From Nitrososphaerota archaeon (GTDB taxonomy: Archaea; Thermoproteota; Nitrososphaeria; Conexivisphaerales; UBA164), in assembly GCA_009903795.1 (NCBI GenBank), contig WYER01000033.1, positions 23,001 through 87,000 on the forward strand: 64,000 bases of DNA, given 5' to 3'. The first letter of the stretch is position 1, and every line of letters starts with the position of its first letter. The notes under the pieces are model-generated. The model was not told the origin of the DNA, did no database searches, and saw nothing but the letters and a program-made list of their open reading frames with translations. This document shows positions 1 through 9,813 of the stretch, piece by piece. The translations under genes were made by a program, and so were the position numbers.

Positions 1-1699
1 GCTTCGGACAGCCATTGAAGTGTTAAGAAGGGATAAGGGAAGACTAGGTTTAAGGGTGGCTGTAATTTCTAAGCTTTATCTTATGAGAAGCCATTCTGTA
101 TCAGCAGAAGGTGGGACTTCTGCGGTTTTATACCCTGAAGAAGGTGACAGTTTTGAACTGATGGCTTGGGATACTATAAAGGGTAGCGATTTCTTAGCTG
201 ATCAGGATGCTGTGTGGAGGTTCGTTCACATAGCAACTCAAGAAATAAGGCTTATAGAAAGATGGGGAGTACCTTGGAACAGACGGGCTGATGGAAGGAT
301 AGAACAGAGGTGGTTCGGAGGTTTAAGTTTTCCTCGAGCAACGTACGCTCAGGACAAGACAGGTTTCTTTGAGATGAGAGCTCTTTATGATACCTTATTA
401 AAGTATGAAAACTGGGACAGATTCGATGAAAACTTTGTTACCTCAATCGTAATTGAAAATAATGAATTTAAAGGTTTTACAGCTATAGACCTTAAAACAG
501 GCAACTTTAGGTATTTTAGGGCTAAGGCAGGAGTTATAGCTACAGGAGGGGCAGGTCAGCTTTACAGGATTACGTCTATGGCAGCCAGTTCTACGGGCGA
601 CGGATATGGACTTGCTTATAACGCCGGTTTACCGCTTAAAGATATGGAGTTTGTACAGTTCCACCCAACAGGATTAGTGCCAAGAGGGATACTTATTACA
701 GAGGCCGCAAGAGGGGAGGGCGCTTACCTTATTAATAAAGATGGTGAAAGGTTTATGAAAAAATACGCCCCAAGCAAAATGGAGCTTGCTCCTAGGGATA
801 TAGTTTCTAGGGCTATAATGAAAGAAATAATGGAAGGGAGAGGCATTTATGATGATAATAGTGGGCTTTATCACGTATGGCTTGACATGCGGCACCTTGG
901 AAAAGAAAAGATAGAAGAAAGGCTTCCTTTCATAAGGGAGATAGGTCTTAAATACTTAGGAATAGACATTGTAGATCAACCTCTTCCAATAAGGCCAACG
1001 GTACACTATAATATGGGTGGGATTCATGTTGACATAGATGGTAAAGTTCTTAACGCCAACGGGTCTCCTGTTAAAGGACTTTGGGCAGCAGGAGAGGCTG
1101 CATGTGTAAGCATACATGGCTCGAACAGGCTAGGTTCGAACGGAACAAACGAGTGCCTTGTATATGGCTATATAGTTGGCAATGATGTTTATAATTATAT
1201 TGAAAAAGAAAGACCAGCTTTGCCAAACCCCAGCCAAAACATTCTACTAGCTGAAGAAGACAGAATATTCGGAAAAATTTTGGGCAAAGAAAGCGGTGGG
1301 GAAGATGTATATCAAATAAAGGATGAACTTAAAGATACGATGGAAAAGTATGTGCATGTTTACAGAACAGGTTCAGATTTGGAAAAAGCAGTAATTAAAA
1401 TAAAGGAACTTAAAGAAAGGTATAAGTACATAAAACTGAGCGATAAAAGCAGAATATTTAATTATAACTTAGAACATGCGCTTGAACTAGGTTTTATGCT
1501 AGATATAGCAGAAGTAATAGCTCGTGGAGCTCTCCTGAGGACTGAAAGCAGAGGTGCCCACGCGCGTCTTGACTATCCTAACAGGGACGACGCAAACTGG
1601 CTCAAGCACACGATTGCTTTAAAGGGAGCTGAAGGCCCCTTATTTTCTTATATACCTGTAAAGATCACTATGTGGAAACCGGTTGCGAGGGTGTATTAA
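1..1699 (+). CDS. sdhA: Succinate dehydrogenase/fumarate reductase flavoprotein subunit (5' end outside window)
   Basis: RSHSVSAEGG FAD-attachment motif, EFVQFHPTG, ELAPRD, HGSNRLGSN, ESRGAH; frame is open to the window edge. Confidence 0.97.
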   Translation, partial: LRTAIEVLRRDKGRLGLRVAVISKLYLMRSHSVSAEGGTSAVLYPEEGDSFELMAWDTIKGSDFLADQDAVWRFVHIATQEIRLIERWGVPWNRRADGRIEQRWFGGLSFPRATYAQDKTGFFEMRALYDTLLKYENWDRFDENFVTSIVIENNEFKGFTAIDLKTGNFRYFRAKAGVIATGGAGQLYRITSMAASSTGDGYGLAYNAGLPLKDMEFVQFHPTGLVPRGILITEAARGEGAYLINKDGERFMKKYAPSKMELAPRDIVSRAIMKEIMEGRGIYDDNSGLYHVWLDMRHLGKEKIEERLPFIREIGLKYLGIDIVDQPLPIRPTVHYNMGGIHVDIDGKVLNANGSPVKGLWAAGEAACVSIHGSNRLGSNGTNECLVYGYIVGNDVYNYIEKERPALPNPSQNILLAEEDRIFGKILGKESGGEDVYQIKDELKDTMEKYVHVYRTGSDLEKAVIKIKELKERYKYIKLSDKSRIFNYNLEHALELGFMLDIAEVIARGALLRTESRGAHARLDYPNRDDANWLKHTIALKGAEGPLFSYIPVKITMWKPVARVY

Positions 1700-1701
1700 A
1701 A

Positions 1702-2508
1702 ATGAAGGTTAGAATAAGAAGGTTTGATGGGCAAAAGGCATGGTGGCAGGATTACGAAGTCGATGCCAAGCCTTCTGACACTGTTCTCGATATTCTTAAC
1801 AGGATAAGGGAAAAACATGACCATACTCTTGCATTCAGGCAGTCCTGTCAGATGGGTTCTTGCGGATCCTGCGGAATGGTAATAAACGGTTTACCAGCTC
1901 TTGCATGTCAGACACGAATAAGCGAGCTAAAAACAGAAAGCATAAGGCTCGAACCCCTTTATAATTATAAAGTAATAAAAGATCTTGTCGTTGACCTTAC
2001 AGACTTTGTAAACAAACACAGAAGCGTTAAACCGTGGATGATAAGAAAGAACCCACAAGAATTAGAGGAGGCGCCTATGGAATTTAAAGTAACGCCAGAT
2101 CAAAACCTTACTTTTGTTCAGTTTGATTACTGTATAATGTGTGGACTCTGTCTCGCAGCATGCCCAACTGTAGCCATAGATCCATTGTTCTTGGGACCCC
2201 AAGCACTGGCTCAGGCTTATAGGTACATTGCAGATCCAAGGGATGAAGGTTTTGAAGAGAGAATCGAAATTTTAGATGATTCGCACGGAGTCTGGAGATG
2301 CCATTTTGCGGGAGCATGCAGCTACGTTTGTCCAAAGGGCGTTGACCCAGCAAAAGCAATACAATATTTAAAGAAAGAGGTGCTTAAATATAGGTTGCTC
2401 CATAAAAAGAAGGCATCTGTAAAACCGGCTGAACTAATTCAAAAGCCTCCGCCCGCAAATGCGCCTAAGCCTCCGCCTTTTGACTTTAAAATAGAAGGTG
2501 GTGAATGA
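1702..2508 (+). CDS. sdhB: Succinate dehydrogenase iron-sulfur subunit
   Basis: SCQMGSCGSC, CIMCGLCLAACP and CHFAGACSYVCP Fe-S motifs; ATG at 1702 follows the sdhA stop. Confidence 0.96.
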   Translation: MKVRIRRFDGQKAWWQDYEVDAKPSDTVLDILNRIREKHDHTLAFRQSCQMGSCGSCGMVINGLPALACQTRISELKTESIRLEPLYNYKVIKDLVVDLTDFVNKHRSVKPWMIRKNPQELEEAPMEFKVTPDQNLTFVQFDYCIMCGLCLAACPTVAIDPLFLGPQALAQAYRYIADPRDEGFEERIEILDDSHGVWRCHFAGACSYVCPKGVDPAKAIQYLKKEVLKYRLLHKKKASVKPAELIQKPPPANAPKPPPFDFKIEGGE

Positions 2509-2975
2509 ATATGGAGAAAGAAAAAGAAGAAAAAAGGTATAAGTCAGGTCTTTTGAGAAGTCTTCGGCCATATAAATTTAACTTAGAAAGATATACGTAT
2601 ACGCTTCACAGAATAACGGGCGTAATATTAATTCTATACCTTATTGCTCATGTATTTGAAATTTATCATTTAGCTTTAGGTCCCGTTGCTTGGCAACAAA
2701 CAATGGCTTTGCTTAGTAGCCTTGGGATATGGGAAAAAATAGGACTCTGGATAATAGCTGGTTCTGCGCTGTACCATGGTGCAAATGGCTTAAGGTTAAT
2801 TCTAAATGAAGCTTTTGGAATGCTGCTTGGAAAGCCTGTACTTCCAGAATATCCTTATACACCAACATCTCTAAGCAGGAACCAAAAAATTGCAATATAC
2901 ACTATAGTAGTGATAGTAGTTGCTCTATGGATATGGGCCGGGATTTACCTTTTGTGGGGGCTCGGTATAATCTGA
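2505..2975 (+). CDS. sdhC: Succinate dehydrogenase cytochrome b subunit
   Basis: LHRITG and YHGANGLRL motifs, 3 TM helices, operon position. Confidence 0.92.
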   Translation: MNMEKEKEEKRYKSGLLRSLRPYKFNLERYTYTLHRITGVILILYLIAHVFEIYHLALGPVAWQQTMALLSSLGIWEKIGLWIIAGSALYHGANGLRLILNEAFGMLLGKPVLPEYPYTPTSLSRNQKIAIYTIVVIVVALWIWAGIYLLWGLGII

Positions 2976-2976
2976 G

Positions 2977-3339
2977 GTGAAAAGAATGCCAAGCAAATAC
3001 AGCCTTTTAAAGGAATCGTGGAACATGATACTGATGTATGCTTTGGCTTTAATAATGATATTTGTACTAACTTTCCACTTGTTACTTGTAAGCCCACTAA
3101 CCGGAAAAACCTTTGATCAAGTACTTACTTATTCATATGTTCTTCATAACCTTACATATTATAGGATAGTTTTTGGATTGTTGCTTTACGCTGCTGTTAT
3201 ACACGGGCTTAATGGGCTCAGAGTTGTCCTTATAGAATGGCTGCATGTTAAGAGGTTTCAGTGGATAATTAACATGATAATAGTAATGCTTATGGCTTTT
3301 CTACTTGCATTAGGAACATACACTTTAATCGCAATTTAA
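2977..3339 (+). CDS. sdhD: Succinate dehydrogenase membrane anchor subunit
   Basis: HGLNGLR motif, 3 TM helices, operon position. Confidence 0.88.
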   Translation: MKRMPSKYSLLKESWNMILMYALALIMIFVLTFHLLLVSPLTGKTFDQVLTYSYVLHNLTYYRIVFGLLLYAAVIHGLNGLRVVLIEWLHVKRFQWIINMIIVMLMAFLLALGTYTLIAI

Positions 3340-3409
3340 TTTTTTACTAAAGTTTCATAAAAAGTCAATTACCATTAATTTTTTAAACCCCAAAGGCTTT
3401 TGTTAAGTT

Positions 3410-4513
3410 ATGGTAGATCTGCTGGAGTACGAAGGAAAAACCATATTCAAGCAGTACGGGATACCAGTCCCAAAATTTTTAGTTGTCTCAGATGAAAAAG
3501 ACATACCTGATTTTAATGAGAAGATGGTCATAAAAGCACAAGTTCCTACTGGAGGAAGAGGTAAAAGAGGAGGGGTAAGGATAGTAAATAATAAAGAAGA
3601 AGCTATAAAGGCTATGAAAGAAATAAAAAACATAGACTTCGATGGATACAGGGCTGAAAAATTTATTCTTGAAAAAGCATATAATGTTAGAAAGGAACTT
3701 TACATCAGTGTAACTCTCGATAGAAGTTCGGAAATGCCTGTAGTCTTGGCGTCAGCTGAAGGTGGAGTTGATATAAACTCAGTTCCTCAGGAAAAAATAT
3801 ACAAGAAACCGATAAACCCCTTTGTTGGAGTAACTGAATACTTAAAAAGGGAACTTTCAAAATTTCTTAATCTAACACCAGAACAGGCGCAGGAAATGGG
3901 AAAAATTCTGTCAGGCCTGTATAACATATATGATCGGTTAGATGCATCACTGGCTGAAATAAACCCGTTAGGTTTGACAGACAATGGCCTTATAGCGCTC
4001 GATTCAAAGATAACTATAGAAGACGATGCCCTATTTAGACATAAAGATATACCTGTAAGGTATTTCGGGCTAGATGAAATAGAAATAGAAGCGAAGAAAA
4101 AAGGGTTATCATTTGTAAAACTTGAAGGCGATATAGGGATAATAGCTAATGGAGCAGGTCTTAATATGGCTACTATTGATCTTATAGCCCAGGCAGGGGG
4201 TAAGCCAGCAAACTTTTTTGATCTTGGAGGCACTGATGATCCGGAAAAAGTAATTCAGGCAATAGAGCTCGCTTCAAAGGTCACAAACAAGGTTCTTTTT
4301 ATAAATATATTTGGAGGAGTAACTAGGTGTGATACAGTAGCAAGGGGCGTAGTACAGGCTATTAATGAACTAAAACCAAAGTTCAAACTCGTAGTAAGAA
4401 TAAGAGGGGCAAACGAAGAAGAAGGGAGAAAAATACTTTTAGAAAACAAAATAGAATCAATGCTTAACTTGGACGAAGCTGTAGAGCGTGTAGTCAAGCT
4501 TGCTGGTGAATGA
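3410..4513 (+). CDS. sucC: Succinyl-CoA synthetase beta subunit
   Basis: LLEYEGK, KAQVPTGGRGKRGG, EINPL, NGAGLNMAT, PANFFDLGG, NIFGG motifs. Confidence 0.95.
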   Translation: MVDLLEYEGKTIFKQYGIPVPKFLVVSDEKDIPDFNEKMVIKAQVPTGGRGKRGGVRIVNNKEEAIKAMKEIKNIDFDGYRAEKFILEKAYNVRKELYISVTLDRSSEMPVVLASAEGGVDINSVPQEKIYKKPINPFVGVTEYLKRELSKFLNLTPEQAQEMGKILSGLYNIYDRLDASLAEINPLGLTDNGLIALDSKITIEDDALFRHKDIPVRYFGLDEIEIEAKKKGLSFVKLEGDIGIIANGAGLNMATIDLIAQAGGKPANFFDLGGTDDPEKVIQAIELASKVTNKVLFINIFGGVTRCDTVARGVVQAINELKPKFKLVVRIRGANEEEGRKILLENKIESMLNLDEAVERVVKLAGE

Positions 4514-4516
4514 AAA

Positions 4517-5395
4517 ATGGCCATAATAGTTACAGAAAAAGGTTTGCCAGTTATTGTTCAGGGTATAACAGGCCATCAAGGAAGCTTTCACGCGTCTCAG
4601 ATGAAAGCTTTTGGAACAAATATAGTGGGTGGTGTAACTCCAGGAAAAGGTGGTACGAGCGTCAACGGCATACCAGTTTTTGACTCTGTAAAAGATGCCG
4701 TAAAAGAAACGGGGGCAAAAGCGTCCGTGGTTTTTGTTCCTGCACCATATGCTCCCGATGCTGTGATAGAAGCCATAGATTCAGGTATAAAGCTTATAGT
4801 GATAATAACAGAGCACATACCCTTCCATGACATGACAAAACTGAAACTTTACGCTAAGCTCATGGGGGCAAGAATAGTTGGACCAAACGGGCCTGGGATA
4901 ACTTCTGTAGGCATAGCTAAATTAGGCATAATGCCAAATTCAATTTTTAAGCCGGGTCCAATTGGAGTTGTCTCTAGAAGCGGAACCCTAACCTACGAAA
5001 TAGTAAACACAATTAGCGAGGCGGGTCTTGGTGAAACTACTGTTATAGGAATAGGCGGCGATCAGGTTGTAGGTACAACTATGCAGGAGGTTGTAAGGAT
5101 GTTTCAACAAGATGAATCAACTAAAGCTATAGTAGTTGTAGGCGAAATAGGCGGGACAGCTGAAGAAGAAACAGCCGAAATAATAAAAAAAGAAGTGAAC
5201 AAACCTGTAGTCGCTTTTATTGCTGGAAGATATGCGCCGCCTGGAAAAAGGATGGGGCATGCAGGCGCAATAATAACAGGTAACAAAGGCACAGCTCAGA
5301 GTAAAATAAACGCTTTCCAAGAAGCTGGCGTAAAGGTGGCATCTCGACCCTCTGAAATCCCCATATTTTTAAGACAAAAATTACAAAGTCACTAG
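4517..5395 (+). CDS. sucD: Succinyl-CoA synthetase alpha subunit
   Basis: VQGITG, GVTPGKGG, SRSGTLTYE, GKRMGHAGA phospho-His motif. Confidence 0.96.
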   Translation: MAIIVTEKGLPVIVQGITGHQGSFHASQMKAFGTNIVGGVTPGKGGTSVNGIPVFDSVKDAVKETGAKASVVFVPAPYAPDAVIEAIDSGIKLIVIITEHIPFHDMTKLKLYAKLMGARIVGPNGPGITSVGIAKLGIMPNSIFKPGPIGVVSRSGTLTYEIVNTISEAGLGETTVIGIGGDQVVGTTMQEVVRMFQQDESTKAIVVVGEIGGTAEEETAEIIKKEVNKPVVAFIAGRYAPPGKRMGHAGAIITGNKGTAQSKINAFQEAGVKVASRPSEIPIFLRQKLQSH

Positions 5396-5436
5396 AGAAA
5401 CTTATTTAACATGGTTTTTATCAAATAAAAATTAAG

Positions 5437-6663
5437 ATGGGCGTAAAAATAGCCCTTATTGGAAAGACAAATGCAGGAAAGACTACGATATTTAACACTG
5501 TTACTGGCAGAAATGAACCTATAGGTAACTATATGTTTACAACTCAAAATCCGGTATCTGGTACGACTTACGTTACATCTCCTTGTGTACATAAAGAATT
5601 TGGTGTAATAGATAACCCAATAAACTCAAAATGCATCGATGGATGGAGGTATATACCCATAGAAATAATAGATTTACCAGGTTTGATAAAGGGCGCAAGC
5701 TATGGAAGGGGTTTGGGTACTAGGTTTTTATCTGAAGCCATGAAAGCTGATGCCTTTATTCATGTTGTAGATGCGTCAGGTAGCATAGATGAAGATGGAA
5801 GAATAGCTGAGCCTGGCACAGGTGATCCATTTAGAGATTATCAGGAAATAGAAGGAGAAATAGTCCAGTGGTACAAAAACCTATTAGAAAACAACCTAGA
5901 TAAAATACTAAAAAAGATAGAAACAACAAAGAATGAGCAGCAAGCTATAAACGTAGTTTATGAAACTCTTGCTGGCGTAAAAATAACAAAACTTCATATC
6001 ATTCAAGCACTCGAAGATATGGGGGTAAGTGTATACGACTTCAGAAGCATGAGTGATGAAAAACTTTGGCGTTTAGCTTCTTTGCTTCGCGATATTTCAA
6101 AACCTACTTTGATAGTAGCTAATAAAATGGATATACCAGTGGCTGATAGCGGTTTTAAGCAGCTTAAAGACAAGATAAAGGACAAGATAATAGTGCCTGT
6201 AAGCGCTAACCTCGAATTGTTACTTAAAAGGGCTGAACAGAAAGGTACGGTTAGGTATAATCCAGCTGAAGAAAATTTCTTAGTAATAGACAGTTCTAAT
6301 TTATCTAAGGACGAAAAAAAGGCCTTAGATTTCTTTAACAAGTTTCTGATAAGAGAAATGATGCGTGCAGGTACGCAGTTTGCCTTAAATGTTGCTGTTT
6401 TTAAACTTCTTAGGATGAACGTAGTATATCCAGTCGCAGATCCTAAAAAGCTTTCAGACAAAAAAGGTAACGTGCTTCCTGACGCTTATCTAGTGCCCGA
6501 TGGAAGCACTGTAAAAGACCTTGCCGAAATAATTCATAGCGAGCTTGCTGTTGGATTGCTTTATGCTATAGATATTAGAACAGGAATTAGGCTTCCGCCA
6601 ACATACCGCATCAAAGACAGGGATGTGCTACATTTAGTTTCTGCTACTAGAAAATCTAAATAG
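5437..6663 (+). CDS. ychF: Obg-family translation-associated NTPase (archaeal YchF-like) with C-terminal TGS domain
   Basis: GKTNAGKTT, YMFTT, DLPGLI, ANKMD, VLPDAYLVP TGS region. Confidence 0.9.
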   Translation: MGVKIALIGKTNAGKTTIFNTVTGRNEPIGNYMFTTQNPVSGTTYVTSPCVHKEFGVIDNPINSKCIDGWRYIPIEIIDLPGLIKGASYGRGLGTRFLSEAMKADAFIHVVDASGSIDEDGRIAEPGTGDPFRDYQEIEGEIVQWYKNLLENNLDKILKKIETTKNEQQAINVVYETLAGVKITKLHIIQALEDMGVSVYDFRSMSDEKLWRLASLLRDISKPTLIVANKMDIPVADSGFKQLKDKIKDKIIVPVSANLELLLKRAEQKGTVRYNPAEENFLVIDSSNLSKDEKKALDFFNKFLIREMMRAGTQFALNVAVFKLLRMNVVYPVADPKKLSDKKGNVLPDAYLVPDGSTVKDLAEIIHSELAVGLLYAIDIRTGIRLPPTYRIKDRDVLHLVSATRKSK

Positions 6664-6698
6664 CAAACGTTATAATCCCTTTTTCCTTTTTTATTAAT

Positions 6699-6935
6699 AT
6701 GGAAAGCGAGTTATCTTATGCACAGATATACAGAATATTTAAAAAAAGTGGTGCTGAAAGGGTTAGTGATGAAGCCGTAAGAGAGCTTGCAAAATTTTTT
6801 CAAATTTATGGAGAAAAAATAGCCAAACAGGCCAATGAGTTGGCAAATCATGCAGGAAGAAAAACAATTAAAGCGTCTGATGTAAGACTTGCAATAAAAA
6901 ATATAATAAATATCGATTTAGATCAGTTAAAATAA
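6699..6935 (+). CDS. Archaeal histone (HMf family)
   Basis: RIFKKSGAERVSDEA...HAGRKTIKASD histone-fold signature. Confidence 0.95.
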   Translation: MESELSYAQIYRIFKKSGAERVSDEAVRELAKFFQIYGEKIAKQANELANHAGRKTIKASDVRLAIKNIINIDLDQLK

Positions 6936-6942
6936 TAAATTC

Positions 6943-7011
6943 TTATGAAGACTGTTGTTGGCCTTCCTTTTTCTCTTCCTTTTTCTCTTCAGCTTTCTTC
7001 TTCTTGGCCAC
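6943..7011 (-). CDS. Putative 22-aa Lys/Glu-rich microprotein (MAKKKKAEEKKEEKKEGQQQSS)
   Basis: GTG start with GAGGTGA SD 6 nt upstream and a TATA-like element further up; below the ORF-track cutoff. Confidence 0.5.
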   Translation of the reverse strand: MAKKKKAEEKKEEKKEGQQQSS

Positions 7012-7074
7012 TAATCTTCACCTCGTAAGTTATTATATTCAGTTCTTATATTTTAGCTTTTCTGTTCTAACCTT

Positions 7075-7089
7075 GGTGTCGTTAACTTA
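7075..7089 (+). repeat. Solo copy of IS6-like terminal inverted repeat
   Basis: GGTGTCGTTAACTTA matches the reverse complement of 17118-17132 at 14/15. Confidence 0.35.
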
Positions 7090-7100
7090 CTGCCTAATTT

Positions 7101-8378
7101 TTAATCGACTGTTATCCATTCAGTGCTTTCTTTATCTAGGTTAAGAAATGCATAGCAACCACAATTTTTTATACTTGGTACTCCAACGCTCCAAACACCT
7201 CTGTAAATTAGATCTATTTTTTCTTTTCCACCTCCTAAGAAAAAGTGTTCTGGAACATCTTCAATAATTAACTTGTCTGAAATAGATGGAACAATGGGGA
7301 TCGAGCCTACAGTAGGTGCAAGGTGTCTGGTCTTCAGAAGTTTCTTTACTGCATATTCTTCAGTCATCCCGGCCGTTTTGAACATATAGTACGCGTTATA
7401 CAATAGAAAGCTTGATCCTTCAATGGTTAAATATGAAGGGTTGCTTAATAGCCTGACGTTCTGAGTAGAGTAAAGATCTTTTGCAATCTTATAGCTAACA
7501 GGTTTTTGAGGTAATGCCTTCCCAGTAAAATCCGCATGTCCTGGAATTATAACTTTTAATATCCTTTTTGGCAATGTTGATAGAAACTCTGAGAGCTTTT
7601 TATAGCCTTCAAGCGGCGATACGCCGTTTTTTATATAAGCTAGAGAGTCAACTAAATTCCCAAGGAAAAAGATACCATCAGGTTTGATCGCTTTTAAAGA
7701 ATCAAACAAATGCTCTACTTTGTTTGAACCGATCATAAGGTCACTTACCAGCGCTATCTTTCCTTTTAATTTTTTTCTTTTTACTTCTGGAAATTCAACA
7801 TCTTCAAAATCTGTCACAGAAAAATCTTCTGGGTTAATTTTTAGTGCCACGCATGATCCAGGTATGATTTCGTCAAAAATCTTTTTAGAAAAAACTTTTA
7901 ATTTAAATACACCTTTTCCATCATCAGCAAGTATTTTGTAATCATCGTTACTAATTTTTTGTAATATAAGAGCAAACGCCCACGTTTCATCTTTACCTTT
8001 GCTCTTTATATAATTTATATTAAAAAGGGGTATTTTGTTCGGTCTTTTTAACCAAAGTTCTTTCATTTTTTTAAGCCTGTCGTTTAGCATTATGTTTAAC
8101 TCTTCATATGTTGAAACCTGCATGCCATCTGAAAGAGATCTTTCAGAGTTTATTATTAAATTTGTTTTATCTATTTCAAGGTTTAGCCCAAAACTCTCTA
8201 TATCTTTAAGAGTGATAGTAAAGTTGTTAGGATCATATTCTTTTTTCTTTCTAATAACTTCAATAACACGCGGTATGAGTTCTGGCTGATCTTCTAAAAC
8301 TTTAACTAGATCTGGATGAATCTGAAAACCTTCATTTAATGCCGTAATTATCAAATCTTTTATTTCAATCGATGACAT
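7101..8378 (-). CDS. polB: DNA polymerase D small subunit DP1 homologue, exonuclease motifs degenerate
   Basis: ALNEGFQIHPD N-terminus, ALPQ, LSNP, RHLAPT..IP...D.LII..VP; phosphoesterase motifs read SDLMIGS/GNLVDS/PGHAD/YNA/FLGGG. Confidence 0.85.
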   Translation of the reverse strand: MSSIEIKDLIITALNEGFQIHPDLVKVLEDQPELIPRVIEVIRKKKEYDPNNFTITLKDIESFGLNLEIDKTNLIINSERSLSDGMQVSTYEELNIMLNDRLKKMKELWLKRPNKIPLFNINYIKSKGKDETWAFALILQKISNDDYKILADDGKGVFKLKVFSKKIFDEIIPGSCVALKINPEDFSVTDFEDVEFPEVKRKKLKGKIALVSDLMIGSNKVEHLFDSLKAIKPDGIFFLGNLVDSLAYIKNGVSPLEGYKKLSEFLSTLPKRILKVIIPGHADFTGKALPQKPVSYKIAKDLYSTQNVRLLSNPSYLTIEGSSFLLYNAYYMFKTAGMTEEYAVKKLLKTRHLAPTVGSIPIVPSISDKLIIEDVPEHFFLGGGKEKIDLIYRGVWSVGVPSIKNCGCYAFLNLDKESTEWITVD

Positions 8379-8426
8379 ATGCTGTATGTATTAATGCTTA
8401 AATATTTTAATATTTAAGCTAATGTA

Positions 8427-9431
8427 ATGAGCGTAAGGTTAGCTCTTTATATGCAGGACAAACACCCTATAAGGGATGAAATAGAATATTCTAAATATGC
8501 AGAACAAAACGGTTTTGAAGCTGTATGGTTCGCTGAGTCAAGGCTCGCAAGGGATGCAATCGTCCCAATGGCCGCTGTAGCATCGAACACACAAAAGATT
8601 AAAATAGCCAGCGGTGTTGTAAACAACTGGACAAGAAACGTTGGTCTTATGGCTGCAACTTTTAGTACGCTTTACGAATTAGCGCCCGAAAGAGTTATCT
8701 TAGGAATTGGTGCGTGGTGGGAACCCTTGGCTTCAAAGGTGGGCGTAAAGAGGGAAAAGCCTCTTAAAGCCATGAGGGAATATGTAACTGTTCTTAAGAA
8801 ACTGTTTAAAATGGAACGCGTTACATACCATGGCGAGTTTGTTAACGTGTCAGATATAGAGCTTGACGTTGTATATGGTCCAAGGACGCCCAGAAATATT
8901 CCTATATATATAGGAGCAACAGGCTTTGATATGCTTGAGCTAGCTGGGGAGATAGGGGATGGCGTTTTGCTGAATTATCTCGTTTCCCCTGAGTATAACA
9001 GAAAAGCAATTGAAAGTATAAAGAAAGGAGCTCAAAAAGCAAAAAGAAAGCTTGAAGAAATAGACAGACCGCAGCTAATAGTTGTATCGATGGATCTTGA
9101 TGAAGATAAAGCTATAGATAGAGCAAAAACTCTTGTTTCTATGTACCTTGGGCAACAGCCGCACATAATGAAGGCAAGCGGTGTGCCAGAAAGCCTAATA
9201 GAGGACGTTAAAAAAGCTCTAGGAGGATGGCCCGCAGAGCCAGGAGGGCTTGAGAGGGCAAAAGCCATAATACCTGATAACATTGTTAAAATGCTAACAG
9301 CTACTGGCACGCCAGATCAAGTTAGAAAAAAAGTACGTGAATACATAGATTCAGGAGCTACGTGCCCAGTCATGTATCCTCTAAGCGACGATGTGAAAAT
9401 GATGATACGGGAAATGGCAAAGGGTTATTAA
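8427..9431 (+). CDS. LLM-class (Mer-like, probably F420-dependent) oxidoreductase
   Basis: [39 protein letters not shown] luciferase-like motifs. Confidence 0.88.
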   Translation: MSVRLALYMQDKHPIRDEIEYSKYAEQNGFEAVWFAESRLARDAIVPMAAVASNTQKIKIASGVVNNWTRNVGLMAATFSTLYELAPERVILGIGAWWEPLASKVGVKREKPLKAMREYVTVLKKLFKMERVTYHGEFVNVSDIELDVVYGPRTPRNIPIYIGATGFDMLELAGEIGDGVLLNYLVSPEYNRKAIESIKKGAQKAKRKLEEIDRPQLIVVSMDLDEDKAIDRAKTLVSMYLGQQPHIMKASGVPESLIEDVKKALGGWPAEPGGLERAKAIIPDNIVKMLTATGTPDQVRKKVREYIDSGATCPVMYPLSDDVKMMIREMAKGY

Positions 9432-9476
9432 AAATAAAGATAGACTAATATTCAACTTTTTTATTTCATTTGTTGA

Positions 9477-9749
9477 ATGAACAAGTCTGACGTTATAATC
9501 CTTTTGGGATTTATATTTATACTAGTTGGTTTTATGTCTTTTGTTTTTGCTGGTATGCTTTATGCTTCTAACCAATCATTTGGGTACGCTTTTTCATTTT
9601 TCATTTTTCCGTTTCCAGTTATATTTATTGGAGGGAAACCAGCATACCTTGTATCGGTAACTGCAGAAATTATGTTTATAATATTCATCATCTTTTTCAT
9701 AATATATGTTTTGTACATAATATCAGCTATAAGAGAGCTAAAAAAATAA
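9477..9749 (+). CDS. Small membrane protein (DUF131-like)
   Basis: Hydrophobic helices with FIFPFPVIFIG motif. Confidence 0.55.
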   Translation: MNKSDVIILLGFIFILVGFMSFVFAGMLYASNQSFGYAFSFFIFPFPVIFIGGKPAYLVSVTAEIMFIIFIIFFIIYVLYIISAIRELKK

Positions 9750-9813
9750 ACTTTTTACGATTTTAGTAAAAAAGTTTTAAAAAATCTTATAAGCGTCTGC
9801 ATCTTTTTTAAAC

